Positions 30,888 through 42,102 of a DNA stretch of 64,000 nt are shown here, in pieces. Positions within the stretch are counted from its first letter, which is position 1, and each line of letters opens with the position of its first letter. The notes beneath the pieces are model-generated. The model searched no databases and had not been told where the DNA came from. It saw only the letters and a list, made by a program, of their open reading frames with translations. This stretch comes from a phage. Position numbers and translations under genes: made by a program. Location of the stretch: assembly GCA_012646185.1 (NCBI GenBank), contig GCA_012646185.1_4706.1; one strand, given 5' to 3'.

Positions 30888-32093
30888 ATGTCTAATTACT
30901 ACGACCAAGCTATTCAAACCATTCAGGAGAATAATGCGTCGTTAACACCCGAAGCTGTGGAGGCAGCGGGCAATGCGGTGTTATTCACTGATTCGGATTG
31001 GGCAATAGCGCGGAAGAATATTCGTACCAGTGTCGGTCAAGGGACATACGAGGACAGTATCGCCAGACGGTATCGGAATGTGTCACCTATTCCGGGTAAC
31101 AGTCCGATTCCGATTAACCGCGATCATGCCGGTATTACCTTCTTCACACGACCTAATTTACATCTTACCGACGCGAACTTAAAACGAGATCGACGTTTGT
31201 GGTCGTTACGTACGGATAACCCTAACAGTATTCAGGCTGTTGTCCGTGACTACTTGGACCCTGTGGGTGCCAGAAAGCGGAACCATCGAGGACGTGCCAT
31301 CGTCGATGAGCGCAATCCATTCATAAGTATACTGACGGACAACCTGACGGATATCAGCGGTTTCAATGACATGGAAATGCAGGTCTATCAGGGCAAACCG
31401 GGATTACGCCAAGAAACCGTTGTGATGGCTGACGGTTCGGTGGATATGTTCCAGCCTTATAACCTGAACGCGACATTCAAGAACATCATGGGTAACCCCA
31501 TCATGTTCCTTCATTATATTTGGTTGATTTACATCGCTGGTGTGCATAATGGCGAACTGACGCCAAGCCCTCAGGCCATCATTGATAATGAAATGGATTA
31601 CTGGACAAGATGTTATCGTATCATCCTGGATCCGACTGGGATGTATGTTCGTTATATCTTCGCACCGACCGCGATGTTTCCTGTCGGACTACCGATTGGT
31701 AATATGGCTAACTACAGCATCGATAAACCCTTCACGCAAGATAACGAACGTATCACTATCCCATACCAAGCGGTTGGTAACAACGCATTCGATGAAATTC
31801 TGAAGGATGAATTCAATCGCCTTGTCCTGATGTTCTATTACGGTGAGAACGATACCCGTACGTTCCTTGAAGATGAGGAGTTGGTACCTATCTCACCCTA
31901 CGAGCGTCGAATCATGTCGTATCGTGTCGATATGTATCCATTTATTCATCCGTTGACCTCAGAGCTTCTTTGGTTCGTACCCGCCGATGATTACAACGAA
32001 TTCTATCTGGATCTTGAGCCGTCGGCGTTACCACCGGATACGTTCAGTCGCGATCTTGTCCGTACCACCATTCCGCAAAATTACGAGGGATAA
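30888..32093 (+). CDS. hypothetical protein (about 401 aa)
   Basis: Start placed at ATG 30888 (AAAGGAAAG upstream) rather than TTG 30855. Confidence 0.7.
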   Translation: MSNYYDQAIQTIQENNASLTPEAVEAAGNAVLFTDSDWAIARKNIRTSVGQGTYEDSIARRYRNVSPIPGNSPIPINRDHAGITFFTRPNLHLTDANLKRDRRLWSLRTDNPNSIQAVVRDYLDPVGARKRNHRGRAIVDERNPFISILTDNLTDISGFNDMEMQVYQGKPGLRQETVVMADGSVDMFQPYNLNATFKNIMGNPIMFLHYIWLIYIAGVHNGELTPSPQAIIDNEMDYWTRCYRIILDPTGMYVRYIFAPTAMFPVGLPIGNMANYSIDKPFTQDNERITIPYQAVGNNAFDEILKDEFNRLVLMFYYGENDTRTFLEDEELVPISPYERRIMSYRVDMYPFIHPLTSELLWFVPADDYNEFYLDLEPSALPPDTFSRDLVRTTIPQNYEG

Positions 32094-32096
32094 TAA

Positions 32097-35090
32097 ATGA
32101 GCGTAACCAACAAAGATCTTGCTGAACAGCTCAATCGTTATATGCTTTCACCTATTGAAATGCAGGCTGTTGCAAGCGATATGATCCGTTTGGCCTCTGA
32201 TGGTGAATTAACCCTGGTTGATCCCAGCTGTCCGTTTGTTTATCTGCTGGAGGTTGCAACGGCAACGGCTGCGAACCAGAACGCGCGGGATGAGTCCCGT
32301 GTTCGCGAACTGTATCCAAAACTTGCAACCAACTGGAACCAGCTCTATCGTTGGATGTATGATGAGTCGTACGTCGGACGTTTCGCGATGCCGGGTAAAA
32401 CGGAAATCATTTATTCGTTAGGGTATCAGGAAATCCTCGATCGGGCTGTAGAGATTCCCAACACCATTGCCTCCGATGATTTAAGCCGTTCTTACAGCCG
32501 TAAGTTAGTGATACCACGTACGACGGCGTTTACGGTGGCCGGAATGGATTTCGGGTTACATTATCCCATCGAAATCCAAGTACAAGCGCATGATCAGATC
32601 CGCGTCGTTTATAACACCGATAACATCAGCCCATTGCAAACCTTGGAGAGTAACCAAGTTGAGTACGGGGTTGTTCGTGTAAAAGCGGGTAAAGTGTTGG
32701 TGATGCGTATCCCGCTGTTCCAGTTTAAAACACTGGTAAAAGATGTGCCGTTTAACAGCGTTCACGGGATGAACAGCAGCATTACCTTCGAAGATCAGTT
32801 TTACCATTGTCGTGCGTACATGTCGTCGGATAACGATACCTGGACGGAGATAGCGACAACGCACAGTCAACAGATCTACGATCCGTTAACACCAACCATC
32901 GCGTTACAAGTAGAAGGGAACAAACTTAACTGGCGTGTTCCTGAAATCTATTTGTCTCAAGGTACGATGGATAAAAGCACCATTCGACTTGAGGTGTTGA
33001 CGACGAAAGGGAAAATCAGCGTCGACCCGTCTGATTACGATGTGACCGACTGGAAAGATAATTACATCGATTTGTCGCCAAAAGCCGAACAGAAATACAG
33101 TGCGCCGCTAAGTGCATTCAACATTAAAGGGATTTATAGCGAAGGGGCGTTGTCGGGCGGACGATCTGCGTTAACGTTCGAGGAACAACGTGAACGTGTT
33201 ATGGCAGGTGTGAACAAAACCAAGGTGCCGATCACAGGAACGCAGGTCGAGCTGGTGCTTCAAGATGCGGGTTACGGGATGGTGACCACCATCGACAACG
33301 TAACTAATCGTTCGTTCCTGGCAACCCGAGATTTACCGCAATTGAGCGACAGCGTACCTCAAGCCGGTTCGTTGATGGGGTCTTTCTATACGTCAGCTGC
33401 AGCATTGGTGAAAAGTAAGTTTGTCGCCGATAACGGCGATCGTATTACGATTAAACCTGATTGCTTGTATCGTGACAGTAACGGAAGTATCGCACTGTTG
33501 TCAGACGATGAAATTGACCGTATTAATGCAGGCAACTCTGATGCGAAGTTGAACGCGGTAAACAACGCCATGTTGTTCTACAGTCCGTTTCATTACGTAT
33601 TAGATGCAACAAGCGATTTCGACATCCATGCTTATTACCTGGATGCCCCTAAGATCGGCACGCAAGCATTCCTCGACGCGAACGAGACAATCCCGTTAAC
33701 CGCTATGGTGACCGGATACCGTCTGGATCGTATCGCTGAAGGATATCGTCTAAGCCTCATTGTAGAAGGTAACGACGCGTGGAAGGCGCTCGACGATAAA
33801 AACGTGCACATCCAGCTGGGGTTCAATCCGCGGGGTGAGGGTGATTATGCGACGATGTTAGCATCGCCTACAACCGATGAACAAGGTCGTCGTTTGTTCA
33901 CCTTCGATATCACCACGAATTACGATTTTACACGAATCCTGGCTGATGATTCCACGGCGTATGAACCGTATATCGCATTGACCTCTTTCTCGATGTATGA
34001 ATCGACACCGCGGGCTTACTGGGCATCACTGCAGCAGTATTTGGAAATCTTCCATGTGGTGACGGATTACGCGCCGGAAGATGTCGACGGTATTTTACAC
34101 AGCGCTTCCGATAATTACCTGGTTAAGAAACTCACGCTTCAAAATGGGTATTGTTTCTACCGTGAACGTCTCACCGCAACCTTTGGTTATGATCTGGACG
34201 GTCTTTGGATGCGCTCACGTACGGTGGCCTCGGAGATTACGTATAAACGTTACACCGAGAACATTCCGTGGGTGTATGACGAAGATATTCCAGCGACGGA
34301 TGAGACCGGTTCGGTTATCATTGAGCAAGGCGATGATGGTACGTTGTCGGTTAAATATCTGCATCGTAAAGGTGACCCGAAATTAAACAGTGATGGAAGC
34401 CAAGCCTATCGTTATCTGAAAGGCGACATCATGAAAGATAATTACGGTAATCCGATCCCTGTCGATGAACGTGAGGTTCTGCGTAACCTGGACATGTTCT
34501 TTATCGATGCGTCGTATCTGCTCGCGAACGATACGGACGTGATTGACTATCGTAACACGATTCCTACACAGCTTATTGAGTGGATTCAGAACGATATCAG
34601 CACGTTCAGGAATTTCTGTTATGAGGAAACAGAGATTTCATTGTATCCTAAGCAATCGCTGGGGTATGTGGATGTGATTGTGGAAAACGGATTGGAAACA
34701 ACGCTTCCTGCTGCCTTATCGTTCAACGTGACGCTTTACTTACCGGCTAAGCAATACGCTGACCTGGATTTACGTCAAGTTCTTCAAGCGATGGTATCGA
34801 AAGTCATCAACGAATGCTTAACATCCCGTACGGTGGCTAAAGCAGAAATGATCGCGATGATTCGTGAGGAGGGCGGTGACGACATCCTTAACGTTGAAAT
34901 CGATGATTTTGGGCCAGGTAAGAACCTCAGTGTTTATACCGCGAAGAACGACGGCGTTCGTTGTGCGGTGAAGAAAGAGCTTTATGTTAAAGCGGATGGT
35001 ATCTTGTCCGTACGTGAAGCGATCGATGTGAGTTTTGTGAAACACGCACAAAGCAACAGTTCAGCGCTAGCGCAAGGCCTTCGTGTCTAA
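32097..35090 (+). CDS. large hypothetical protein (997 aa), possibly structural
   Basis: Long ORF with GAGGGA 8 nt upstream; converges on hairpin 35112..35143. Confidence 0.8.
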   Translation: MSVTNKDLAEQLNRYMLSPIEMQAVASDMIRLASDGELTLVDPSCPFVYLLEVATATAANQNARDESRVRELYPKLATNWNQLYRWMYDESYVGRFAMPGKTEIIYSLGYQEILDRAVEIPNTIASDDLSRSYSRKLVIPRTTAFTVAGMDFGLHYPIEIQVQAHDQIRVVYNTDNISPLQTLESNQVEYGVVRVKAGKVLVMRIPLFQFKTLVKDVPFNSVHGMNSSITFEDQFYHCRAYMSSDNDTWTEIATTHSQQIYDPLTPTIALQVEGNKLNWRVPEIYLSQGTMDKSTIRLEVLTTKGKISVDPSDYDVTDWKDNYIDLSPKAEQKYSAPLSAFNIKGIYSEGALSGGRSALTFEEQRERVMAGVNKTKVPITGTQVELVLQDAGYGMVTTIDNVTNRSFLATRDLPQLSDSVPQAGSLMGSFYTSAAALVKSKFVADNGDRITIKPDCLYRDSNGSIALLSDDEIDRINAGNSDAKLNAVNNAMLFYSPFHYVLDATSDFDIHAYYLDAPKIGTQAFLDANETIPLTAMVTGYRLDRIAEGYRLSLIVEGNDAWKALDDKNVHIQLGFNPRGEGDYATMLASPTTDEQGRRLFTFDITTNYDFTRILADDSTAYEPYIALTSFSMYESTPRAYWASLQQYLEIFHVVTDYAPEDVDGILHSASDNYLVKKLTLQNGYCFYRERLTATFGYDLDGLWMRSRTVASEITYKRYTENIPWVYDEDIPATDETGSVIIEQGDDGTLSVKYLHRKGDPKLNSDGSQAYRYLKGDIMKDNYGNPIPVDEREVLRNLDMFFIDASYLLANDTDVIDYRNTIPTQLIEWIQNDISTFRNFCYEETEISLYPKQSLGYVDVIVENGLETTLPAALSFNVTLYLPAKQYADLDLRQVLQAMVSKVINECLTSRTVAKAEMIAMIREEGGDDILNVEIDDFGPGKNLSVYTAKNDGVRCAVKKELYVKADGILSVREAIDVSFVKHAQSNSSALAQGLRV

Positions 35091-35111
35091 AACAAAATAG
35101 CATGAGCATAA

Positions 35112-35143
35112 CCCTCCTCCAACCCGTCAGGGAAGGAGGAGGG
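35112..35143. terminator. bidirectional hairpin between convergent genes
   Basis: CCCTCCTCC-AA-CCC-GTCA-GGG-AA-GGAGGAGGG. Confidence 0.65.
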
Positions 35144-35152
35144 AATATGCTG

Positions 35153-38100
35153 TTATCTTACGTTATTGCTGTTCTGCTGTTCGCTGAACCAACCGTACAC
35201 CTTGAGATCGGTACCGTATTTCAATGCGATATACGCATTCAGTGCGGCACAGAACAAAGACGCGAATGCCCATATCAGCGAAGGATCAACATCTTCCGTT
35301 ACCACCGGGAGAGTATTATCCGGTTCCCATGATGGAGAACTGTCCATGAACGTCGTGACCATTACTCGCCGTTGTTCTTCGGTGGTAAAGTCGCTATGAG
35401 GTTCCAACGCTTCTTTTGCCAGACGTCGATATTCGAACATATGCGTTGCTAAAGCCGATGAGTTACCAGATTCGCCTTCATAGTTCGGATCCACCGCATA
35501 ACAGAGTTCTGTTGAATCTAACAAAGCAACCGCCTGTGTGATGCTGTCGGCAGTGCCTGCACCATAGAGTTCGATAGACCGCGAAAGCTTCTCACAGAAC
35601 GCATCCAACGCGGCAGGATTGGACACCTGAAGGTCAAGGCCTAATGTCCACGGATAGTTACTGAATACACCCGTAAACCGCGGCATAACACCCAACAGAT
35701 GTTGTCCGATTACAGCACGGTTATAAACAGCCCGGTTATAGACTTGAAACGCAGCCTCCAAAGCTTGGTTATAATGACGACGAAGTTCGTCACGAGAGTT
35801 GCGGAACCTGTTTGCCGCAAGACTCGTGGCTGCGACGCTACAAACATCGTAATTGGTGGACGAGAGCACAGTTTCGTTAAGATCGAACGCTTCCTGTTTC
35901 AACGATCCGCTAACCGCTGCTGCTTCGCTGTTTGCTTTATCGACAACAGTACTCAAAGCGTTGATGTAACGTTTAGCTCGGACTTCCAGCCATTGTGCGA
36001 TGCCGAGAACATCCACAGCGGCTTTAGCAAGGTCACGCGCGTTCACGATTTCGTTCTTCAAGGCACCCAACCCTTTATTCTCAGGCGAAGAGGCTTGTTG
36101 ACGAATCATGCTGTTTAACATGGTAAGCAGATTATCCAACTCGTGCCCACTGACCTTGTTACGCGCATCGGTAATCGGCCCTTGCAGGAATTTACGGCAA
36201 CCATCGTTGTATCGAATCAGTTTATCCACATCGATAGATTCGTTCGTGGATTCCTTGAACTGATCCTTCAATTCTTCACGGTAGTCATGGATTTCACTTG
36301 CGAGATTATCGATAGTGATACCATCATGTCCAAGAAGAACTTTATTGAAGTTACCTTTCTCGAATGCCAGAGCAAGACCTTCACGAATCTTAGCGAGTTT
36401 ATCCTGATCAAGTTCACGACCGTTCGATAGCTCTTTCACTTCCGAGCTGATTAATGCCGAAACGTTACCCAGATTGTCGGTAACCCCTTTGAACGCTCCC
36501 GACCAGATCGTTCCTGCTTCAGCGTATTTCGCAATGGTCTGAATACCGACGGTGTGCAGCGACGCTAAACGTTTCTTCGTGCCTTCGGTAAGCAGAGCGT
36601 CTTTAGCTCGCGTAAGCTGGCTGTTATTAGCTTCCGCCTGCTGAATCGCTGCTTTCGCACTTCCATTACGCCAGCTCTTAACCAGCCAATCAACCAAACG
36701 TTTTAGGATGTTGACGGTATATTCCATCGTCCGCCGTAACGTTTCCCACGCGCTTTCTGCGGTATAGATGCCGTACCCTTCCATCTTCAACGCTTTCAAG
36801 CTTGTTTGACGTGCCAGCCATTCTACCGTTGCGGAACAAACGTTTACAAAGGCTTCCAGGTAGGTGTAATAGACGTCTGTTGCCGACGTTTCGTTGAACT
36901 TTGAATGCAGATAGAACTGATCGTAAAGTTCGTCGTCATCGCCGAAGGCATCATAGTTCCACAGTTCTGTATCACAACCTGTACCGCAGAAGACGTCAGC
37001 TGTCGTAAACTCTTTAAGCGCTTTAGCTGCATCATTCGTCAGGAATTTACCCGTTTCGACTACATCGTCGACATTAAGCTTGGGGAGTTCGTCGGTGACT
37101 GGCTCTTCCAACATCAGCATATTGAAGAATGTGCTGTACTTGTATCCGAGCCATTTTGGATAACTGCTTTCAGGGATCGTAGACAACGGCTTGATTTTCT
37201 TGGCTTCAGCCAATGTGTCTTTTGCGACCTGATATTGGTTTTCCCCAGCCTTGACGCGACGTAATGCTTTTTCTTCCAACTGCTTAAGCTTGGCATGGCG
37301 TGCTTGTGCTGGAGCTTCAACAAGTTTTTGTACTGACCGCATTGCAGAAATCGCTTCTTTTAATACGATCATCGGCATACGAACTTTGCCGTCGTCGAAA
37401 CTAAGAGCGCGAGCGACACGTTTACTTACGACAGGCTTATCATGGATATTTCGTTCCACCCATGATTTGTTTGCGTAAGTTTGAGCGATCTGCTGTTGGA
37501 TATTTTCAAGGTATTTCCAGCCGTTGGAAGCTTTGTTATCCAGAAGCGGATTCGGTCCCTTCTTATCGAAAAGTTTCAGAATCGGACCAAAGAAACCTTC
37601 CTGTACGAGTTCGATACGCGTGTATCCGTCAGCCGCTTCGATTTCTTCTTGGGTTTTGTCCCAGAGCTGTTCACTACGGACAGCAGTAGCTGTTTCAGAT
37701 ACCGACATAACAAGCTCGGCAACAACTTCAGCACAGGTCAGTACGGTACGCACGCATTGCACTAGCATACGCTGGTAAACGATACGTGCGTTTTGTAGAC
37801 GTGCGATAACCGCTAAATAACCGATATTGTCAAGACGTTCGTCGGCTTGAGCAGAGTCGACACGTTCTATCAGTTGTTTAACCAGCGCGGCTGTTTCCGG
37901 ATAATCGTTCACGACGTCACGCATAATTCGTGATGCGAAAACCGCGGTACCTAAAACGTTAAGAAGTGTTTTACCGTCCCATTCTTTTGGTGTCGCTACC
38001 GATTCGGTAGGGATGAGATTTCCCGCTTGATCGAAGTATGGCATAAGGACATTGATATCCGTAGACGGTACTGCGGTGATTGCGTTGTACTCTTCATCCG

Positions 38101-38758
38101 CACCATCGTTGCCAGACGGCTGTAATGCAAGTGCTTGTTCAAGGATTTTGCGGTCAACAGCATAAAGCGCCGACAGAGCCTGTGTTACCGCAACCAGATC
38201 AACGATCGGCGACCAGAGCTGTGCGAGCTTACCTTCGTATTTCTGTACAGCGATAGCAAGGTCTTCTTTTACGTCAGGATGATTGATTAAACCACCCAGC
38301 GCTTCATGGATTGCAGAAAAACGTTCAGAATGTGCTTGAGTTAATGCAACAAAATCGTCAACGTACGATGCATTTTCTTCAAGGCGTGCAAGTTCCTGCT
38401 CCAGAAGATCTTTTACTTGCGTGGCGGATGCGTTTCTCAGCTGTTCCCCGATAATCGCGATGGCTTTATCGACAACACGACAAGCTTCATTGAAGCCTGT
38501 CGTTGAAGGTAACTCGGTCCATAATGCCAGCGGCTTACCTTCCATTGCGTCAGGAAGGGAATATGACAACATTGCTAGTTGTTGACGTGATACCTGTTTG
38601 TCACGATGTAACGTTTCTTTCAACGCCAGAAGCTCATCAAGACCCACACTGCTAGGGATCGTGGGATGTGATACGGCGTTGATATTTTCTGTCAATGACT
38701 CAAGAACCAATAAACCATTTTCAGCGGAAGATAACCCTGCTTTAAGGTATTTGTTCAT
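35153..38758 (-). CDS. very large helical protein (1201 aa) sharing ELVQEGF motif with 38840..41632
   Basis: Long ORF; ACGGAG 7 nt upstream; internal RIELVQEGFFGPILKLF; hydrophobic C-terminal segment LIWAFASLFCAALNAYIALKY; a tape-measure role is not excluded. Confidence 0.8.
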   Translation of the reverse strand: MNKYLKAGLSSAENGLLVLESLTENINAVSHPTIPSSVGLDELLALKETLHRDKQVSRQQLAMLSYSLPDAMEGKPLALWTELPSTTGFNEACRVVDKAIAIIGEQLRNASATQVKDLLEQELARLEENASYVDDFVALTQAHSERFSAIHEALGGLINHPDVKEDLAIAVQKYEGKLAQLWSPIVDLVAVTQALSALYAVDRKILEQALALQPSGNDGADEEYNAITAVPSTDINVLMPYFDQAGNLIPTESVATPKEWDGKTLLNVLGTAVFASRIMRDVVNDYPETAALVKQLIERVDSAQADERLDNIGYLAVIARLQNARIVYQRMLVQCVRTVLTCAEVVAELVMSVSETATAVRSEQLWDKTQEEIEAADGYTRIELVQEGFFGPILKLFDKKGPNPLLDNKASNGWKYLENIQQQIAQTYANKSWVERNIHDKPVVSKRVARALSFDDGKVRMPMIVLKEAISAMRSVQKLVEAPAQARHAKLKQLEEKALRRVKAGENQYQVAKDTLAEAKKIKPLSTIPESSYPKWLGYKYSTFFNMLMLEEPVTDELPKLNVDDVVETGKFLTNDAAKALKEFTTADVFCGTGCDTELWNYDAFGDDDELYDQFYLHSKFNETSATDVYYTYLEAFVNVCSATVEWLARQTSLKALKMEGYGIYTAESAWETLRRTMEYTVNILKRLVDWLVKSWRNGSAKAAIQQAEANNSQLTRAKDALLTEGTKKRLASLHTVGIQTIAKYAEAGTIWSGAFKGVTDNLGNVSALISSEVKELSNGRELDQDKLAKIREGLALAFEKGNFNKVLLGHDGITIDNLASEIHDYREELKDQFKESTNESIDVDKLIRYNDGCRKFLQGPITDARNKVSGHELDNLLTMLNSMIRQQASSPENKGLGALKNEIVNARDLAKAAVDVLGIAQWLEVRAKRYINALSTVVDKANSEAAAVSGSLKQEAFDLNETVLSSTNYDVCSVAATSLAANRFRNSRDELRRHYNQALEAAFQVYNRAVYNRAVIGQHLLGVMPRFTGVFSNYPWTLGLDLQVSNPAALDAFCEKLSRSIELYGAGTADSITQAVALLDSTELCYAVDPNYEGESGNSSALATHMFEYRRLAKEALEPHSDFTTEEQRRVMVTTFMDSSPSWEPDNTLPVVTEDVDPSLIWAFASLFCAALNAYIALKYGTDLKVYGWFSEQQNSNNVR

Positions 38759-38773
38759 AAAACACTCCGTTGA

Positions 38774-38804
38774 CCTAGGTGGAGGCCAATAACCTCCACC
38801 TAGG
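38774..38804. terminator. perfect 12-bp stem hairpin
   Basis: CCTAGGTGGAGG-CCAATAA-CCTCCACCTAGG between 38840..41632 and 35153..38758. Confidence 0.65.
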
Positions 38805-38839
38805 GTTGAACAACGCGTACGGTTATACGGTACGCACGA

Positions 38840-41632
38840 TTACGCTAATTTACCGAAACCGGCCTTCTGTAGTTTCTCGTTGATCAGTTTTGCTTCAGCG
38901 AAAACATAATCACGATACGCAGTGACTAATCCGTCCACCCGTGAACGCAAGGCTTCTTCGAAGCTATACCACGCAGCGATTTCACGAATCTGTGCGTTGA
39001 TATAATCAACGGTTGAGCGAAGCTCGGTTGCGTTTTCTTGCGGAATGGCTTTCACCTGGCGAGCAACGTCATTTAAACGACGGAACTGTGTTTCGATTTC
39101 TTTAAACTTACTGTCAGCAAGTTTGCTGAATTCGTCACCGGAACGGGTAAATAACAGATAGCTGTTGCCGTCAAGTGCGGTCGCTAACTGCTGAAGTACG
39201 TTGGTGTCCGGATACACAGGAGTACCGCTTTGCAATACTTTCTCACCGAATTCCGCGAAGTCCTTCGGCGGTAAGTGTGCAGACGTTGTCAATTCGTTGA
39301 AACGGAAAGTCAGCGAACTATCATACAACATCCGGTACGCTTCCATACCCTGTTTCATGGTACCGGCCAGGTTAGCCAGACGCGGAGCAATCTCGCCTTC
39401 TTTAGCGCGTTTCTGGTCTTCTAACGCCCCTTCGAGTTCTTTACACTGGTCGTTCAGATACACGATACGATCGGGACGCAGACGACGCATCTCACGAAGA
39501 ATGGTATCCAGCTTACCTTCCTGGAAATAACCTAACGTTAAAGACGTACACGCTTGCTGAAGACGATCGAAGACCGGTAAGGTTACCATCTCCTTACGGA
39601 TACCATCAACAATCGCAGAAACAGCCGAAAGTTTCTGTTCTGTAGTCAATGGAACATCAGAGGCCGACTTGCTGGGCGCACCAACAACGTTACGCATTGC
39701 GTCGGTATCCTCGGTTTTATCAACCTCTTTACGAACATGCTCATCAGGAACATAAACGTTAGCATTACGTTTCGCCTGCTTGATAGCATCGCTGGCCGCT
39801 TTTTCGGTGGCCGCTACGCTATCGGCACGTTTCTTCAAGAGTTCAATAATCCAGAGCACCAGACGACGAATCGCAGTGTAGGCTGTCGTGATGATGACGC
39901 CGATAACAGCCATCTTCATGATACCGAACGATTCCATGGTCGGCTCTAACGCTTGGTCTGGCATATACCGTTCACGCAGTTCCAGATAGATCTGCTCATC
40001 TGGTTTGCTGACCTCACCACGATGCGAAGTACGATAGATGGCTTCGTCAATCTCAACAAGATCTTTGCGGGCCTGGCGATCGGATTCTGTTAAGTAAGCA
40101 CAACCGGATACATCATCTTCGAAGCTTAAGAATTTGAAAAAGTCACTGACGTCGATCTTGATCTTCTTCGCTTCATTGTCAACGTTAATGAAATCCGTTT
40201 TACGAGACTGCTGTTGAATCTTAATATCCTTTATCGGTTTAAGCGCTTTGTCTTTTAATGCCTGCATGATCTGTTTCCAGCTGGCATCGCGTTCAAGAAC
40301 AAGGAAATAGTTCTTGAGTTCGAATGCGCGATAGCGGACAACAAGTTGTTCTACCTGGACATGAGCGAGTTGTACGTCCATCAGCCAACGCGACAGCGCA
40401 GAAACCAAACGGCTATACGCAAGCAGCGTCTGGTACGTCAGCTTCATGTGTTTCTCGTAGAGCTCAATGTCTCCGCCCTGGATGTCGGCTGTCGGGTTCA
40501 TTTCCTTCGTTGCTTTGAAGACTTGTTCGGCTTCATTCAGCATTTGCTCAAACTTGACTTCATTGAACGCGTTGAATGGTTCGGCCAGTTCGTTCATCCG
40601 ATCGTGTAGTTCGCGAACCCAAGCTTCTTTGTGATTACGAATGACCGCATCAGCGTGGAGTTCGGTTTGATGTTTCTGTACCCATTCTTCAATGATATCC
40701 GCAGCTGCAACAACACCTGTGTTGTCAGAAATCAATGGGATGACGTTAGAGAGCGTACCCGCACATGCTGGCGTTTTCCAATGATCATTAAGTGTGTTGC
40801 GGAACGTAATGATGTCCGTCATTGACGTAGTGATATCGAGGAACGTGTTACCGTTACGACTCATGCTTGTGATGTTTGTGGCAAACGTCTTTTGTTGTTC
40901 TACAACGAATGGAATCAACGCCATCAACCAATCAGCAATACACTGTGCTTTTTCTTTCAGGTTTTTGTCGGCGATTTCTTTGAGATTAATTGCGCCGCCG
41001 TACCCCGCAAGTTCGTTATACACATCGTTCAAGGTCATCTGCGCATCAAGCATTTCTTTGAAACGCGGATAATCTTCCCCTAACGCATCGATGATATCCT
41101 GGATAACGTCGTCGGTTGTAGCGATAAATTTCTTCGTGTCGACTTTAGATTTCCAGATTATTTTCACCGCTTCTTTCATAACGGTGAACATGATCTGCCA
41201 AATACGCTTAATAAGTTCCCAGACTTTCTTCGCACCATCGACAAACAGTTTAGAGATCTTGGCAACGAATCCTTCCTGCACTAACTCAACGCCGTTACGT
41301 GATGGGATTTCCGTGAAGAAAGCATCCGGCAGTTGTTTCGGGAATGCGTCACCAAGACGCATACGCAGTTCCGGTACATCAGCACGAGAAATACCGCGTG
41401 TTACTAATTGTTCGTGAAGACGAACGTTTTCTTCACCAGCAGCCACGAATTCATTAACGTCGAAGGAGACCATTGCTTCCTGATCTTCGGTGGTAACAAC
41501 GCTTGAACCGTCGCTGGTTTGGATGTCTTCGTCAGGGAACGCCATGAGCATACCGTGACGCATTTCAACCACTCCGTAATCGGTTGCTAAACCGAATTCG
41601 TTGTGGTCGGGAGTAATAACTGGGATACTCAT
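38840..41632 (-). CDS. large helical protein (930 aa), paralog-family member
   Basis: ATGA overlap with upstream gene; NGVELVQEGFVAKISKLF...KKVWELIKRIW near residue 115 matches the family motif. Confidence 0.8.
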   Translation of the reverse strand: MSIPVITPDHNEFGLATDYGVVEMRHGMLMAFPDEDIQTSDGSSVVTTEDQEAMVSFDVNEFVAAGEENVRLHEQLVTRGISRADVPELRMRLGDAFPKQLPDAFFTEIPSRNGVELVQEGFVAKISKLFVDGAKKVWELIKRIWQIMFTVMKEAVKIIWKSKVDTKKFIATTDDVIQDIIDALGEDYPRFKEMLDAQMTLNDVYNELAGYGGAINLKEIADKNLKEKAQCIADWLMALIPFVVEQQKTFATNITSMSRNGNTFLDITTSMTDIITFRNTLNDHWKTPACAGTLSNVIPLISDNTGVVAAADIIEEWVQKHQTELHADAVIRNHKEAWVRELHDRMNELAEPFNAFNEVKFEQMLNEAEQVFKATKEMNPTADIQGGDIELYEKHMKLTYQTLLAYSRLVSALSRWLMDVQLAHVQVEQLVVRYRAFELKNYFLVLERDASWKQIMQALKDKALKPIKDIKIQQQSRKTDFINVDNEAKKIKIDVSDFFKFLSFEDDVSGCAYLTESDRQARKDLVEIDEAIYRTSHRGEVSKPDEQIYLELRERYMPDQALEPTMESFGIMKMAVIGVIITTAYTAIRRLVLWIIELLKKRADSVAATEKAASDAIKQAKRNANVYVPDEHVRKEVDKTEDTDAMRNVVGAPSKSASDVPLTTEQKLSAVSAIVDGIRKEMVTLPVFDRLQQACTSLTLGYFQEGKLDTILREMRRLRPDRIVYLNDQCKELEGALEDQKRAKEGEIAPRLANLAGTMKQGMEAYRMLYDSSLTFRFNELTTSAHLPPKDFAEFGEKVLQSGTPVYPDTNVLQQLATALDGNSYLLFTRSGDEFSKLADSKFKEIETQFRRLNDVARQVKAIPQENATELRSTVDYINAQIREIAAWYSFEEALRSRVDGLVTAYRDYVFAEAKLINEKLQKAGFGKLA

Positions 41633-42069
41633 GCATTCTCTCCTTGCAGTGCGTTAGCGAAAGCCGTTGCAAGTTGTGCAACCAGTTTCGGATCAACGCC
41701 TTCGATAACGTCAGGCAGCCCTGCGGTTTCTTGGTCACGAACAGCGGAGGCTAATAACAGCATGGTTTCAGGTGCGGTTGGCTCATGCACCATGCGGTAA
41801 CGCAGGCACCAGAAGTAGCGAGCAACGTCTAACGCATCAGCCAGCCCAATAACCAGCACCTTGTTCAGCTTATCCAACCCTTCACGGATTTTAGGGAGAT
41901 GTTCACGAACGAAAATGCTATCTGCGGTCAGATCTTCTTTTTCAGCGAATACGGGCATGCTGTAACCAGCGATATAACCTGCGGCAATACTTAGCGCACG
42001 GGTCTGTTGTTCGGCTGGGAAATCACGTACCAGGTCTTTCAGCTGAACGGCGAAATCAGAAATATTCAT
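41629..42069 (-). CDS. hypothetical protein (146 aa)
   Basis: ORF with AAGGA 8 nt upstream. Confidence 0.7.
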   Translation of the reverse strand: MNISDFAVQLKDLVRDFPAEQQTRALSIAAGYIAGYSMPVFAEKEDLTADSIFVREHLPKIREGLDKLNKVLVIGLADALDVARYFWCLRYRMVHEPTAPETMLLLASAVRDQETAGLPDVIEGVDPKLVAQLATAFANALQGENA

Positions 42070-42102
42070 GTTAAATTCCTTTATAGTAGAAGGTGAATTA
42101 GG

